Assembly: GCA_003427395.1 (NCBI GenBank)
Contig: BFEA01000038.1
Location: 3,812,869 to 3,876,868, forward strand
Length of the DNA stretch: 64,000 nt
Direction of reading: 5' to 3'
Origin: Chara braunii
Taxonomy: Eukaryota; Plantae; Charophyceae
The position numbers were made by a program, and so were the translations under genes. Shown here one piece after another: positions 62,361-64,000 of the stretch (its first letter is position 1; each line of letters begins with the position of its first letter). Below the pieces are notes generated by a model. It saw only the letters and a program-made list of their open reading frames with translations. It ran no database searches and was not told where the DNA came from.

Positions 62361-64000
62361 TTACTGATACCCATACCATTGCCTTTCAACGATTGTTGTG
62401 GCACCCAGGGGAAACATATCTAGAAATTCCTCGGGGTGCTTCATCTGAATGTTGGGGTCGACCTGGAGCCAGTCGTGGAACCTGAGCATGTAGTCCTTGG
62501 TTAAGTCCTCTTGCCCCTCCTTGTCCCTCATTTCCCCTGGCCAGTCTACCTGGGCCATCCTGCCCCCCTTTCCCCCCCCCAACCATTCTGAACAAAATTT
62601 ATGGATTTCCTTGGTTATATCAGGTTTTTTAGATAGGAATGTCATTTTATCCTGAACTTTTTTCCATTGTTAAGTTGAATGATTTTGTGTATTTTAACTT
62701 TATTTTGGAAAGAGTTTTTTAGTATAGATTGGTATACTTGTTTTTGAAAGAAGACTCTATACAAATTGTTATTTTTAAAATGCATGGCCCTGTTTGTCTA
62801 TTATAAAGCGAATTTTAGAGTCAGCCTTGATGGCCTCCAAACGTTTGATTTCATGGTCGCATCTGGAAACGAGAATTTGGAACCCAGATGCTTTGCTCCC
62901 CTTCATTGTGGTTAATTTCTGTTTCAATGAACTGTTTTACTATGTCTGCCACTTCCCCTTCCCCCATCGTGGCCCCTTCTTGATCAAAGACGCACCTTCT
63001 TAACCATAACAGATCAAAGTCTTTCTGGATATGGAGAAAAGGTTACTGGCTAGGTGGGATGCATGCGGTCTTGCCCATTCTCCTAAGAGAAGGGCTTCCC
63101 ACTTCCAAGGTCATTCCTCGCCAGTGCCCAATTGTGTCTAGATACGGTCTCACCAACGCCACAGCAGGACTGCCCCAGGTCATTGTAGAAAGATATGTTC
63201 TATTGTTTCGCAGATTCTTCTTCCTGGGAACCCTGCATTACAACATTTGCACCACGGGAGAGCCTCCCCTCTATGTTATAGATTCGTCCTGTCAATGATT
63301 CAGTCATTGGTGGGGAGGCACCTGTGGCTGATTTGCCACTGTAGAGAGGCGAATTTTTCCGGTCTTTCCTTCACTCCTCTGAACCATTTCAGCCCTCTTA
63401 CTTGGTCCCTATGCAGATTAAGGTGTTTTTGCCATTTGCCCCCTACCTCCGCCTGAACATCCACCTGGGGCCTAATCATCCTATAGGTGGTTCTCACTGC
63501 TAACTCATGTAGATGCACTGGTTGCCCATTGCGTCCTCTTATCCACTGCAATTCCATAGGGTCCACGGCTAGCTCGGATAGAGGAGTTTCTCGTAGGTAG
63601 GCTTGCCATTGGATCCCCCCTTCCTTCTGTCTCTGTAACACTCGGATCCGGTAAAGGTTAGATTTTTCATGTCATTGGACTGCGTCTGAGTGGTATTTGA
63701 TCAAAGTGTCGTCCCCTGTTCTTTCAAAAAGGTTGACCATTGCCCCCACTGATGTTCCCTCTACCACTGAACCTATTTGTAATGGAAGCCCTCCACCCTT
63801 ACTGCTACCCAGTCTTGTTCCTACAAAATCCTGCCCTTCCTTAGGGACACCACTTACGCTAGGGGGATCGAGAAAATTAGCTGGTCCAGTGAGCCCTCCA
63901 GATGATGAGCGTGTTGCAGGCTCGGTCTAAGTTGTTGGGCTGTTTTCCAATCCTTGTTGTCCTCATCCCATATGTCCCGTACCCTGAGGATCCCGTGTCT
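62361..64000 (-). mobile_element. LINE ORF2 C-terminal region, continuing beyond the window
   Basis: KFASLQWQISHRCLPTND and FCSEWLGGGKGG...FHDWLQVDPNIQMKHPEEFLDMFP; homologous to 43013-44539. Confidence 0.9.

Overview
Repeat-saturated eukaryotic DNA from a draft assembly, with N gaps and Nextera adapter read-through. The element families and composition fit a large-genome streptophyte alga such as Chara; this is an inference, not a database match. No intact host gene is recognisable. From left to right: (1) a decayed hAT/DUF659 transposase element whose right end is probably at 7342, plus three hAT-type MITEs with 8-bp TSDs; (2) several L1/Tx1-clade LINE copies, including one 5'-inverted (twin-primed) insertion with a 10-bp TSD and one ORF1-only copy; (3) a decayed Ty3/gypsy element with a gag/CCHC-like ORF downstream of the integrase; (4) a non-coding ~3-kb repeat family present twice in opposite orientations; (5) a Penelope-like element with an N-terminal GIY-YIG domain (Chlamys/Naiad architecture) carrying a minimal type I hammerhead ribozyme in its 3' region. 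The best candidates for undescribed biology are two RNA-level signals. One is a double-hairpin 3' tail shared by four otherwise unrelated poly(A) retro-insertions. The other is a ~160-nt motif, present in three copies, with covarying stems and no match to a ribozyme class I recognise. All identifications were made by eye from motifs, and boundaries not defined by a TSD or TIR are approximate.
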